From positions 95,747-159,746 of the IMG/VR virus record IMGVR_UViG_3300044691_000566: a DNA stretch of 64,000 bases. One strand, written 5' to 3'. This DNA comes from a virus. Each line of letters starts with the position of its first letter. Position 1 is the first letter of the stretch. Of the stretch, positions 1 through 7,883 are shown piece after piece. Made by a program: the position numbers and the translations under genes. Under the pieces are notes generated by a model. It was not told the DNA's origin. It did no database searches and saw only the letters and a list, made by a program, of their open reading frames with translations.

Positions 1-2118
1 ATCCACCACTGGGACCTGGCCTCCCCCGAGGAGAAGGCACAGGGCAAGCGCTGGTACCCCGACGCGCACCTGGTGGCTCGATCCATTGCCCGACTGGACA
101 CCCGCATCAAGACCGACAAGGAGGCCGCCCACAAGGGCGGCGGGGTCCTGAGCGCGTACAGCCCGCAGCAGAACTGGTGGGCCAACCAGCACAACGCGGC
201 GCGGTCCTTCCACGAGCAGCGGGCCCTGGGCAAGGGCGAAGGCATCATGATCATGGCCAGCCACGCCAAGGCGGCCCAGCGGATCATGGACGGCGAAGAC
301 AGCCAGAAGGTGCTGAAGGGGCCGAAGACCTCCGACTTCGCATCCCTGATCGAGCACGGCGGCAACGACGAGCACGGCAACCCCTCGCAGAAAGTCGTCG
401 TCGACCGGCACGCCCTTTCGGTGGCCGCCGGACGCCGCCTGAAGGCCGACGACGTCAACGGCTTCCCCTCCCAGAGTCGGCACTACTACGAGCACGCCGC
501 CGAGCACTACCGCCGCGCGGCAGCCGTCATCTCCGACCGGGAGGGACGCACCGTGCCCCCGCACGAGGTCCAGGCCACCACGTGGCTGGTGCGCCAGCGC
601 CTCAACGCCGAACAGGACAGCTCCCCCGGCCAGAAGGGGCGCGACTCCCTCCAGCGCAAGCACAAGGACGAGTGGCAGGGCCTGACCCATGAGCACGCCC
701 CGGAACTGCACGAGCCGCCCACGAACTCTCATGTGGCCGGGGCCAACGGGGACCTTCCGGAGGGTCTGCACTTCACTTACCACGGTGGACCGGACTACAA
801 GTACCACGTACTGCGCGCCCACACTCCTGATTACAAGCAGGCCGGGAAGTTGGAATGGACGAAGAAGCGTGAAGAGTACTGGGACGAGAAGGGGCCCGCC
901 GACTTCCAGCCCGACAAGCAGTGCGACCACTGCAACATGAACGGTCACGGCGATTCCTGGCACGTCAAGCCCGCCGGTCACATCAATTGGATCGGCGTGG
1001 TCCCTGAATATCAGCGTCGGGGGGTGGCTTCGGCCATGCTGGATCACGCTGCGGCCAATTACGACCCGGCTCCGGTGCACACTGCGCACACCACCGACAG
1101 CGGCAAGGGCCTCCAGCAGAGCCGAAGTGCCGTCCTGCCGAACGACTCCCAGCGCCTGCTGGGCCGCAAGCTGGCCTACGGCGAGCAGCGGGCCCCCGAA
1201 GACGTCGACACCCTGCGTGAGGACGCCTGCCCGGTGTGCGGCGACCGTGACGCCTTCAACGGCGCCACATGCCAGGTGTGCGGCTACGTCGCGCCCCCGA
1301 AAATGTTCCAGGACCCGGACTTGGAGAAGGCCCGGCAGATGGACCTGCGGAAGGACATCGCAGAGTTCAACGATCCGGCCAGCCCCGACCAGCTCGGACC
1401 CGACGGCCAGCCCGTCGCCAACCCGATGGACCCGGCAGCCCTGGACGAGAACGGCAACCCGGTCAACCCCGACGCTGCGGACCAGCAGGCGCAGCCCGGC
1501 ACGCTCCCCGGTGAGGTACAGGCCGAGGTGCAGCCGGGCGGTGACCCGATGGGCGGAGGATCGCCCATGGACCCCGACGCGCTCGGGCAGGACGGCCAGA
1601 TCCCCGAGGAAATGGGTGCGCCGGTCGATCCGGCCATGCTCGGGCCCGACGGCCAGCCGCTGCAACAGCCCGGCCAGCAGCAGATGGTCGGACCGGACGG
1701 GATGCCCATCGGTCCGCAGGCGCTGCCGCCTGACGCGACCACCAGTGAAGGCCAGCCGTTCACCCCGGGGCCCGACATGCCCCAGGGACCGGGCCAACCG
1801 GCAGGACCCCAAGGCCCGGCCGGGCCCGAGGACCTGGACCAGGACGGACAGATCCCCAACCCGGACGCGGGCCAGGGAGTCCCCGGAACCCCCGGGGACG
1901 GTGTACCGGATCTCCAGTGCCCGGCGTGCGGCTTCACCGTGGACGCCACCGCGCCGGTCTCGGTGGACATGGACACCTCGATCATGCCGCCGAGCGGACA
2001 GGCCACCCCCGACGGCGTCCAGGCGGGCGACGTCTGCCCCAACTGCGGTACCGCACAGCTCATCAGCCCCGCCGAGGGGCAGGGCGAAGTACCGCCTCCG
2101 ATGCCCGCACAGATATGA
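1..2118 (+). CDS. 5'-truncated multidomain head-region protein: HhH/glycosylase-like domain, GNAT acetyltransferase, zinc ribbons, P/G/Q-rich linker
   Basis: Frame open from base 1; motifs VVVDRHA...PHEVQATTW, GNAT motif A (VVPEYQRRGVASAML), CPVC/CQVC and CPAC/CPNC; lies upstream of scaffold and capsid genes. Confidence 0.6.
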   Translation: MHHWDLASPEEKAQGKRWYPDAHLVARSIARLDTRIKTDKEAAHKGGGVLSAYSPQQNWWANQHNAARSFHEQRALGKGEGIMIMASHAKAAQRIMDGEDSQKVLKGPKTSDFASLIEHGGNDEHGNPSQKVVVDRHALSVAAGRRLKADDVNGFPSQSRHYYEHAAEHYRRAAAVISDREGRTVPPHEVQATTWLVRQRLNAEQDSSPGQKGRDSLQRKHKDEWQGLTHEHAPELHEPPTNSHVAGANGDLPEGLHFTYHGGPDYKYHVLRAHTPDYKQAGKLEWTKKREEYWDEKGPADFQPDKQCDHCNMNGHGDSWHVKPAGHINWIGVVPEYQRRGVASAMLDHAAANYDPAPVHTAHTTDSGKGLQQSRSAVLPNDSQRLLGRKLAYGEQRAPEDVDTLREDACPVCGDRDAFNGATCQVCGYVAPPKMFQDPDLEKARQMDLRKDIAEFNDPASPDQLGPDGQPVANPMDPAALDENGNPVNPDAADQQAQPGTLPGEVQAEVQPGGDPMGGGSPMDPDALGQDGQIPEEMGAPVDPAMLGPDGQPLQQPGQQQMVGPDGMPIGPQALPPDATTSEGQPFTPGPDMPQGPGQPAGPQGPAGPEDLDQDGQIPNPDAGQGVPGTPGDGVPDLQCPACGFTVDATAPVSVDMDTSIMPPSGQATPDGVQAGDVCPNCGTAQLISPAEGQGEVPPPMPAQI

Positions 2119-2126
2119 GGAGAGGC

Positions 2127-2360
2127 ATGCCCAGGCCGATCGACGCAGAGCTGAACAGCTCACCGTTCCGCATCAACTTCGAGGTCACCCTCGCCGACGG
2201 CACCAGCGTGGCGTCCCGGGGCTTCATCCCGGAGGAGAGCTGGAACGCCCTGAACGACGAGCAGCGTCTCGCCGAGGTGAGGGCCGGTCTGGAGGCCACC
2301 ACGGCGGCCATCTTCGCTCTGGTCGAGAAGCACGGCTTCCCGGACGTGACCGTCGGATGA
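2127..2360 (+). CDS. hypothetical protein (77 aa)
   Basis: RBS GAGGAGAGG before ATG 2127; high-GC3 codon usage. Confidence 0.65.
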   Translation: MPRPIDAELNSSPFRINFEVTLADGTSVASRGFIPEESWNALNDEQRLAEVRAGLEATTAAIFALVEKHGFPDVTVG

Positions 2361-2575
2361 GCGGCGACATGGCGACCACGGCCGTGATTACGGTCGAAGG
2401 CATCGAGTACTACCCGTGGGACGTCTGCGGTGCCCCCGACGGCTGCGTGATGGGCCGCGAGCGGGGCTACGTCAAGAACGGCGTGATTCACGTGCGGGCG
2501 GACATTCAGCCGCCCGCCGAAGGCTGGGGCGAGCACATCTGTTCGGGCACCTGCTCTCGTCCTGTCCTGGTGTGA
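2357..2575 (+). CDS. small Cys-containing hypothetical protein
   Basis: ATGA overlap with the previous stop; typical codon usage. Confidence 0.55.
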   Translation: MSGDMATTAVITVEGIEYYPWDVCGAPDGCVMGRERGYVKNGVIHVRADIQPPAEGWGEHICSGTCSRPVLV

Positions 2576-2596
2576 CCCAGGCCCCGTAAGGGGTGA
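2563..2596 (+). promoter_or_regulatory. bipartite late-promoter motif TGTC-N20-(G/T/A)AAGRGGTGA
   Basis: One of 9 copies with exactly 20-nt spacing, all upstream of virion genes. Confidence 0.7.
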
Positions 2597-2646
2597 AGAC
2601 CACCGCCCACGGCCTCCGTGAGCCCGCATCCGAGGAAGTACATCTC

Positions 2647-3567
2647 ATGGCATCTGGTAACCGCCCGCTCATGCAGGCCATGGCGTCCCAGCAGAAGACG
2701 CTGGAGGCCACCCGCCAGCACATGGCCAGGGTCACTGCCCGCAACGCCGAACTGGAGCGTCAGTTCGCCATCCAGGGCCTCCAGCTCGCGTACGTGGCGC
2801 GGCTGGCGGGGGTGACGAAGGAGGTCGAGGCGATCAAGCGCCAGGCCGACATCGACAACCCGGCGCAGCCCGTGCCCAACCCGCCCTCGGAGGCCCCGGT
2901 GGAGACCACCGAGCAGGCCGCCACCCCGGAGGCGTACGACAACCCCAACCAGATCGGGCAGACCCCCGGAGCCAACCAGGGCGTCGCGGCCGAGACCACC
3001 GCCACGCCGATGGACCCGGGCGTGACCCTGCCGACCGCGCCGTACAACCAGCTCCTCAACGTCTCCGCCCCGGTGGCCGGAACCGAGACCCACACCCCGC
3101 CGGACACCACGCGCATCGAGACCGACGTCCGCGTGGGCGACCCGATGAACCCGGAGACGGCCTACCCGCTCAACCCGGCGTTCGGGCCGTCCGCGCAGCA
3201 GGGCACCACCCCGCCGCGTGACGGGGAGATGAGCCAGACCGGTTCCCGCAACCGGACCCTGGCCTCCATGCGCCTGGCCCGTCACCGGATCACCGCCGGT
3301 CTGGTCCGGGGTGACGAGTTCGCGGTGGCCGCCTCCATCGAGGGCGACCAGAACCTGAGCGACGCGATGATCCGCCACGAGATCGCCACCCTGTCGCAGG
3401 TGACCAAGGCCGCCGCGCGGCAGGCCCGGCCGCAGGGCCTGGTGCCGCGCTCGGCTTCCGGTGTGCAGCGCACCACGCCGTCCCTGGTGACGCAGCCCGC
3501 CCCCATCACGTCGGTGGCGGGGTCCGTGGGCGCCTACGACGAGGACGCCGAGAGCCTTTTCGACTAG
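2647..3567 (+). CDS. putative capsid scaffolding protein
   Basis: N-terminal coiled coil and P/T-rich low-complexity body; directly upstream of decoration and major capsid genes; RBS GAGGAAG. Confidence 0.55.
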   Translation: MASGNRPLMQAMASQQKTLEATRQHMARVTARNAELERQFAIQGLQLAYVARLAGVTKEVEAIKRQADIDNPAQPVPNPPSEAPVETTEQAATPEAYDNPNQIGQTPGANQGVAAETTATPMDPGVTLPTAPYNQLLNVSAPVAGTETHTPPDTTRIETDVRVGDPMNPETAYPLNPAFGPSAQQGTTPPRDGEMSQTGSRNRTLASMRLARHRITAGLVRGDEFAVAASIEGDQNLSDAMIRHEIATLSQVTKAAARQARPQGLVPRSASGVQRTTPSLVTQPAPITSVAGSVGAYDEDAESLFD

Positions 3568-3583
3568 GGTCTCTCCTCGGATC

Positions 3584-3617
3584 GCAGCCCCCTCACAGCG
3601 CTATGGGAGGGGGCTGC
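3584..3617 (+). terminator. hairpin after the scaffold gene
   Basis: GCAGCCCCCTC...GAGGGGGCTGC followed by ATGTTTT. Confidence 0.5.
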
Positions 3618-3641
3618 GGCATGTTTTCAGGCCCTTGATCC

Positions 3642-3675
3642 TGTCTTCCCCGGCCCGAGCCCTCGAAAGGGGTGA
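3642..3675 (+). promoter_or_regulatory. late-promoter motif TGTC-N20-AAAGGGGTGA
   Basis: Motif copy upstream of the capsid operon. Confidence 0.7.
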
Positions 3676-3747
3676 GAAGGGCCTGTCTCGTATCGGACAT
3701 CGAGCAGACGGCCCATATGTCCGAATAGACGAGATGGGAGGGAAAGC

Positions 3748-4272
3748 ATGCTCCGTACCCGTATGGCGACTTCGTACATCAAGCGTACGATTCGACCGCT
3801 TTATGGTTGGACGCAGGCGACGCCCGCTTCCTGCTTCCTGGACGCAGCTTGGGACCGTTCCGTCCCGATCTGGCCTGGAATGGTGTTCATGAAGACCGCC
3901 GGGGAGAACGTGTCCCTGATAGGCGCGACCAGCAGCATCCCCTACGGCCTGGGCGCCCTGTACGTCGGCGGCGACGGCATCGACGAGCCGCTGGACTCGG
4001 GCATCAACACCTTCTCGGTGTGGAAGCTCGCCCCCGACGCCGAGTTCGAGATCCTCGCCCCCGCCTTCGACACCACTCAGGCGTGGGTCGAGCCGGGCGA
4101 CGGCACCGAACAGCTCATCTACGGTGCCGCCACCGGCACCGGTCGTGGCAAGCTCGCGCTCGCCACCAACGGGTCGGTCGTGACTGCGCTCACCGTGCAG
4201 CCGGTCGCCCGCCTCCTGAAGGTCAACTCCGCGACGAAGATCACCATCGGTGGACTTCGTCAGAAGTACTAG
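3748..4272 (+). CDS. capsid decoration / minor capsid protein
   Basis: 174 aa immediately upstream of the major capsid gene, the position of the decoration protein in Bxz1-like phages. Confidence 0.6.
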   Translation: MLRTRMATSYIKRTIRPLYGWTQATPASCFLDAAWDRSVPIWPGMVFMKTAGENVSLIGATSSIPYGLGALYVGGDGIDEPLDSGINTFSVWKLAPDAEFEILAPAFDTTQAWVEPGDGTEQLIYGAATGTGRGKLALATNGSVVTALTVQPVARLLKVNSATKITIGGLRQKY

Positions 4273-4285
4273 GAGCTGACTGACG

Positions 4286-5275
4286 ATGACGACTCAGACT
4301 CTCGCCGCCACCTCGTCCCTGCGCGGCCGTATCGCGCGCAAGTCCGACGACTACGCCAACGCCATCATGGAGCGCCGCAAGAGCAACGCGCCGCTCACCC
4401 ATGAGGCCAAGGTCAAGAAGATGGCGTTGATCCTCTCCGACGAGACCAGCGGCATCCGCCGCCTGGGCGTCGGGATGGTCGGCCCCATCCAGCTCAAGCT
4501 GCGCTACCAGGGCATCACCAGGAACGTGCTGGTGGAGGACCCGGTTACCCCGGGTACCCCCGTCGAGTACGACGTCTGGGATGATCTTGGTCAGGCGTAC
4601 ATCATGTCCGGCACCGAGGGCGAAGTCCGTGTGACTCCGTTCGAGGGCAAGCGCGTTCCGGTGCGGTTCTTCCGTATCGCCTCGCGCCCGGCCATCCGCA
4701 AGGAGGACCTGTTCTACCTGCGTATCAACGCAGTTGAGCAGGCCCAGGACGAGACCAAGCAGGCCATCCTCAAGCAGGAGGACACCCGCCTGCTCGTCCT
4801 GCTCCAGGCGGCGCTGACCGACTACGCCACCCGGCCGGACCACACGGTCACCCCGAACCACAACATCACCGAGGCGTCGGGCTACCTGACGCCGGGCTCG
4901 CTGTACTCGGCCGTCGCCATGACGGACATGCACGAGTTGCAGAGTGCCAGGATCTTGATCAACCCGTTCGACTTCCGGGACCTCTACCGCTGGGACATCA
5001 ACCAGACCGGCTGGGCGTTCAAGGACCGGGTCGTCGCGGGCGAGACGATCACCTCGTTCGGCGAGTTCCAGATCCAGCGGTCGATCATCGTGCCGCAGGG
5101 CAAGGTCTTCCTCACCCCGGAGCCCAACTTCTTGGGCGTTTTCCCCGTTTTGTACTCCTTGGACGTCGAGGAGAACCACATGGTGGAGGCGTTCTGGAAG
5201 GGCTGGGTGTTCGACGAGATGGTGAACATGACCATTTTGAACGCAAGGGGAATTGCCACGATTACCAAGGCTTAG
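4286..5275 (+). CDS. major capsid protein (Bxz1/cluster C-like)
   Basis: GPIQLKLRYQGITRNVLVED, DDLGQAY, GEVRVTPFEGKR and FRIAS closely resemble the cluster C mycobacteriophage MCP as recalled. Confidence 0.9.
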   Translation: MTTQTLAATSSLRGRIARKSDDYANAIMERRKSNAPLTHEAKVKKMALILSDETSGIRRLGVGMVGPIQLKLRYQGITRNVLVEDPVTPGTPVEYDVWDDLGQAYIMSGTEGEVRVTPFEGKRVPVRFFRIASRPAIRKEDLFYLRINAVEQAQDETKQAILKQEDTRLLVLLQAALTDYATRPDHTVTPNHNITEASGYLTPGSLYSAVAMTDMHELQSARILINPFDFRDLYRWDINQTGWAFKDRVVAGETITSFGEFQIQRSIIVPQGKVFLTPEPNFLGVFPVLYSLDVEENHMVEAFWKGWVFDEMVNMTILNARGIATITKA

Positions 5276-5290
5276 TCCCTGGTGTCCGGT

Positions 5291-5827
5291 TTAGCCCAAG
5301 TGGCCCCACCGGGCACCAGTGACGAGTCGGGAGATCGCGCCCTGGCCAACCCCGTAGACGGCGGCGAGAGCCCTCTGGCTTTCGCCGCCGTCGGCGTATC
5401 TGCGGCGTATCTCCAGAACCTGCCACTCCTCCAGCTTGGCGGCAGCGTTGCCTGACCCTCGTGAAGAGGTGCCGTGCAGGATCTTGTCAGCTTCGTTCTC
5501 CCCAGAAGTGCCCCAGACGAGGTTCTCCTGCCGGTTGTCCGTAGAGTCACCGTTCAGGTGGCGCCCCTCCTGGCCCGGCTCCGGAAGACCCACAAAGGCC
5601 CCCAGGACGAGCTGGTGGACCAGGCGCTGGGCTCGGACACCGTCGATCGACATCATGATGTTCAGGTAGCCCCCGCCGTGACGGCCGGGCTTGAGTATGC
5701 GGCCCTGGACGTAGTGCCGCCGGGTCTGGCGCGACAGACTGCGCACGCGGCCAAGCGACGACACCTCGTAGAACTCATCGAACTCCGGTATGGGGACCGG
5801 CTTCCACTCTTCAGTCATGCGAGGCAT
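5291..5827 (-). CDS. NUMOD4-HNH homing endonuclease
   Basis: EEWKPVP...YEVSSLGRVRS (NUMOD4) and VHQLVLGAF...RHLNGDSTDNRQENLVWGT (HNH_3), with a C-terminal HTH. Confidence 0.9.
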   Translation of the reverse strand: MPRMTEEWKPVPIPEFDEFYEVSSLGRVRSLSRQTRRHYVQGRILKPGRHGGGYLNIMMSIDGVRAQRLVHQLVLGAFVGLPEPGQEGRHLNGDSTDNRQENLVWGTSGENEADKILHGTSSRGSGNAAAKLEEWQVLEIRRRYADGGESQRALAAVYGVGQGAISRLVTGARWGHLG

Positions 5828-5866
5828 CTTGTAGTACAGGACTTGACATCGTCAACTCCAAACGAA

Positions 5867-5970
5867 GGCCCCCGGATTTAAAAATCCGGGGGCCGTTCCC
5901 CTGCCCAGCCATGCCACGCCCAGCCAAACCCCACCGTGCCGGGCCATACCATGAGGCCCTGACTCTATCA
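5867..5970 (-). ncRNA. GGY/NN repeat RNA unit A5 (candidate guide)
   Basis: TGATAGAGTCA leader; NN = AT AT CC AC GG TT TG GT AT TG AG; hairpin GGCCCCCGGATTTTTAAATCCGGGGGCC. Confidence 0.75.
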
Positions 5971-5982
5971 TCTCCAACGACT

Positions 5983-6078
5983 GAGGGGCTCCCCGTAGGA
6001 AGCCCCTCCCATGCCTTGCCACGCCGAACCGGGCCCTGCCTTGCCCTGCCAGGGCATGCCAGGGCCTTGACCCTGTCA
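5983..6078 (-). ncRNA. GGY/NN repeat RNA unit A4
   Basis: TTGACA-N17-CAGGGT; NN = CT AT CT AG AA AG CC TC GT AA AT (one GCC triplet); cUACGg hairpin. Confidence 0.75.
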
Positions 6079-6104
6079 TCTCCAATGGCACCTGTCAAAC
6101 GACT

Positions 6105-6207
6105 GAGGGCGCCACCCCGAAGGATGACGCCCTCCCATGCCCCGCCTGGCCCTGCCAGACCTCGCCACGCCGAGCCTCGCCCAGCCCCGCAAGACCTGAC
6201 TCTGTCA
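6105..6207 (-). ncRNA. GGY/NN repeat RNA unit A3
   Basis: TTGACA-N17-CAGAGT; NN = GG TG GA TC GT GA CT AG CA GG AT; cUUCGg hairpin. Confidence 0.75.
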
Positions 6208-6231
6208 TCCCTGCCCGCATCTGTCAAAGCT

Positions 6232-6324
6232 GAGGGCGATCACCCGTAGATGATCGCCCTCCCATGCCCTGCCCGGCCAAGCCGAGCCGCGCCATGCCTA
6301 GCCCTGCAAGACCTGACTCTATCA
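6232..6324 (-). ncRNA. GGY/NN repeat RNA unit A2
   Basis: TGATAGAGTCA; NN = AG TA AT GC TC TT CG AG AT; cUACGg hairpin. Confidence 0.75.
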
Positions 6325-6335
6325 GCCCCAATGAC

Positions 6336-6436
6336 GAAGGGGCCCGAAGGACCCCTTCTCCCTGCCCTGCCCGGCCTAGCCCCACCGCGCCAGACCTTGC
6401 CCAGCCGTGCCTAGCCACGCGGCCCTGACTCTATCA
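6336..6436 (-). ncRNA. GGY/NN repeat RNA unit A1
   Basis: TGATAGAGTCA, whose TGA is the upstream ORF's stop; NN = GT TA AC TG AA CT GC GG TA CG AG AG; cUUCGg hairpin. Confidence 0.75.
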
Positions 6437-6748
6437 GGACTTCTCCGGCGTCGGCTTGGGCGTGTGGATGCCGGTCTTCCGGACCCACCCGGCCTCGAAA
6501 TCCTCCACCTGGTCCTTCGTCCACATGCGGCCCATGCGCAGCACCCGCCAGGGCTGGCCCAGGCGCCCGGTGGCCAGCTCGTCGGCCCGCTGCTTGGTCA
6601 CGCCCCAGCGGTCGGCCAGCTCGGCGAGCCCGAAGACCTGCATGTCCTCCAGGAGTTCCGCCACCCGCTGGAGGACCACGTCCTCGGCCTGCTCGCTCAG
6701 GTGGTCGTCGAAGGTGGGGGTACCCGGGAGTTCACGCTGATCGTTCAT
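6434..6748 (-). CDS. small HTH DNA-binding protein (AlpA/excisionase-like)
   Basis: FGLAELADRWGVTKQRADEL...GRMWTKDQVEDF pattern; the start could instead be 6778. Confidence 0.7.
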   Translation of the reverse strand: MNDQRELPGTPTFDDHLSEQAEDVVLQRVAELLEDMQVFGLAELADRWGVTKQRADELATGRLGQPWRVLRMGRMWTKDQVEDFEAGWVRKTGIHTPKPTPEKS

Positions 6749-6902
6749 ACGTCCAGTGGAACACATACGCCTTGACATCGTCTACCCCATCGTGCCACGC
6801 TCCATCTGCACGAGAGGGCCTTGCTCCGCCCCCACGGACCCCGGTCCGTGGCCCCTCGTCGCCGAAAGACCCCGGCTCGGACCCCCTGGCCGGGGTCTTT
6901 CC

Positions 6903-6936
6903 TGTTGGACCGGCAGCGACTCCGCGTAAGGGACGA
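6903..6936 (+). promoter_or_regulatory. variant late-promoter motif TGTT-N20-TAAGGGACGA
   Basis: Same spacing as the other copies; upstream of gene 6962. Confidence 0.5.
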
Positions 6937-6961
6937 GAACCCCTCACGAACGGAGACCCCC

Positions 6962-7501
6962 ATGCCTGTCGGCGGAACGATCGTCGCGCGCAACCGGATG
7001 GACAGCATCACCGTCCTCGCCTCGGACATCAAGGGCACCCACTCGGTGGAGTGGGCCGCCTACAAGGACCCTTCCGGAGATGACATTCAGTTCATCCCCG
7101 AGGAGGTCCTGGCCTCCGTCGCCTTCAAGAAGGCCCTCGCCAGGGGCGTCGTGGAGCTGCTGGAGGACGAGTCCGACCCCGAGGTGGTGCTGGCCCTGGG
7201 CAAGCAGGTCGACGCGTTCAAGCGCCGCCAGGAGGGCGCCAAGGAGACCGCCGAGGCGCTGATCGAGAAGCCGACCACCCGGGACACCGTCCGCGCCTTC
7301 TGCGTCGGACCGGACACCCGGGGCACCGGTACCTGCGAGGAGGCGGTGGCCATCTCGGAGAAGCTCCTCAAGGACGTGCCGCCCCTCTGCACCCGTCACC
7401 AGAACCTCGCGCACCAGTACGTGCCCGAGGTCGACACCAAGGGCGACGAGACCAAGACGAAGTGGGTCCGGGTCATCATCGGGTCCCGCGAGCGTGACTG
7501 A
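6962..7501 (+). CDS. conserved head-region hypothetical protein (C-terminal Zn-binding motif)
   Basis: RBS GGAG; CVGP...TCE...LCTRH. Confidence 0.7.
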   Translation: MPVGGTIVARNRMDSITVLASDIKGTHSVEWAAYKDPSGDDIQFIPEEVLASVAFKKALARGVVELLEDESDPEVVLALGKQVDAFKRRQEGAKETAEALIEKPTTRDTVRAFCVGPDTRGTGTCEEAVAISEKLLKDVPPLCTRHQNLAHQYVPEVDTKGDETKTKWVRVIIGSRERD

Positions 7502-7514
7502 GAAGGGCGGACAG

Positions 7515-7859
7515 ATGACCGAGCAGGAGACCGGCCAGGTCCCCGAAGCCGTGGAGGACGACACCCCCGTGGCCTCCACGCACGTCCCGGACCCGACCGC
7601 CATGTCCGGCACCCTGGAGACCTCCGGGACCGGTGGGGGCCGCAACGAGCGCATCACCGGCACCACCAACATCTTCGGCCGGATCGAGCGGGACATCGTC
7701 GCGGTGCGCAACGTCGTCCTCAAGGACGGCGAACGCGTCGTGGAGACGGTCGAGCACGTCCTGCGCAAGGAGCCCGACCCGCAGGAGGACGCCGGGAAGG
7801 CGACGGCGGCCGACGGCAAGCAGGCCGGGAAGACCACCCCGGCCGCCAAGAAGAAGTAG
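7515..7859 (+). CDS. hypothetical virion protein
   Basis: Typical codon usage; SGTLETSG motif also echoed in the next gene. Confidence 0.65.
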   Translation: MTEQETGQVPEAVEDDTPVASTHVPDPTAMSGTLETSGTGGGRNERITGTTNIFGRIERDIVAVRNVVLKDGERVVETVEHVLRKEPDPQEDAGKATAADGKQAGKTTPAAKKK

Positions 7860-7883
7860 CCGAGCAGAGAGAGAGCAGCACCC

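Noticed and set aside
5811-6418. Track ORFs across the GGY tracts (e.g. 5811-6227, 5911-6249, 11956-12186, 47804-48106)
   Set aside because: Their ARHG/GRAW/PCLA-type translations are artefacts of the 5-nt periodicity, with no RBS or codon bias.
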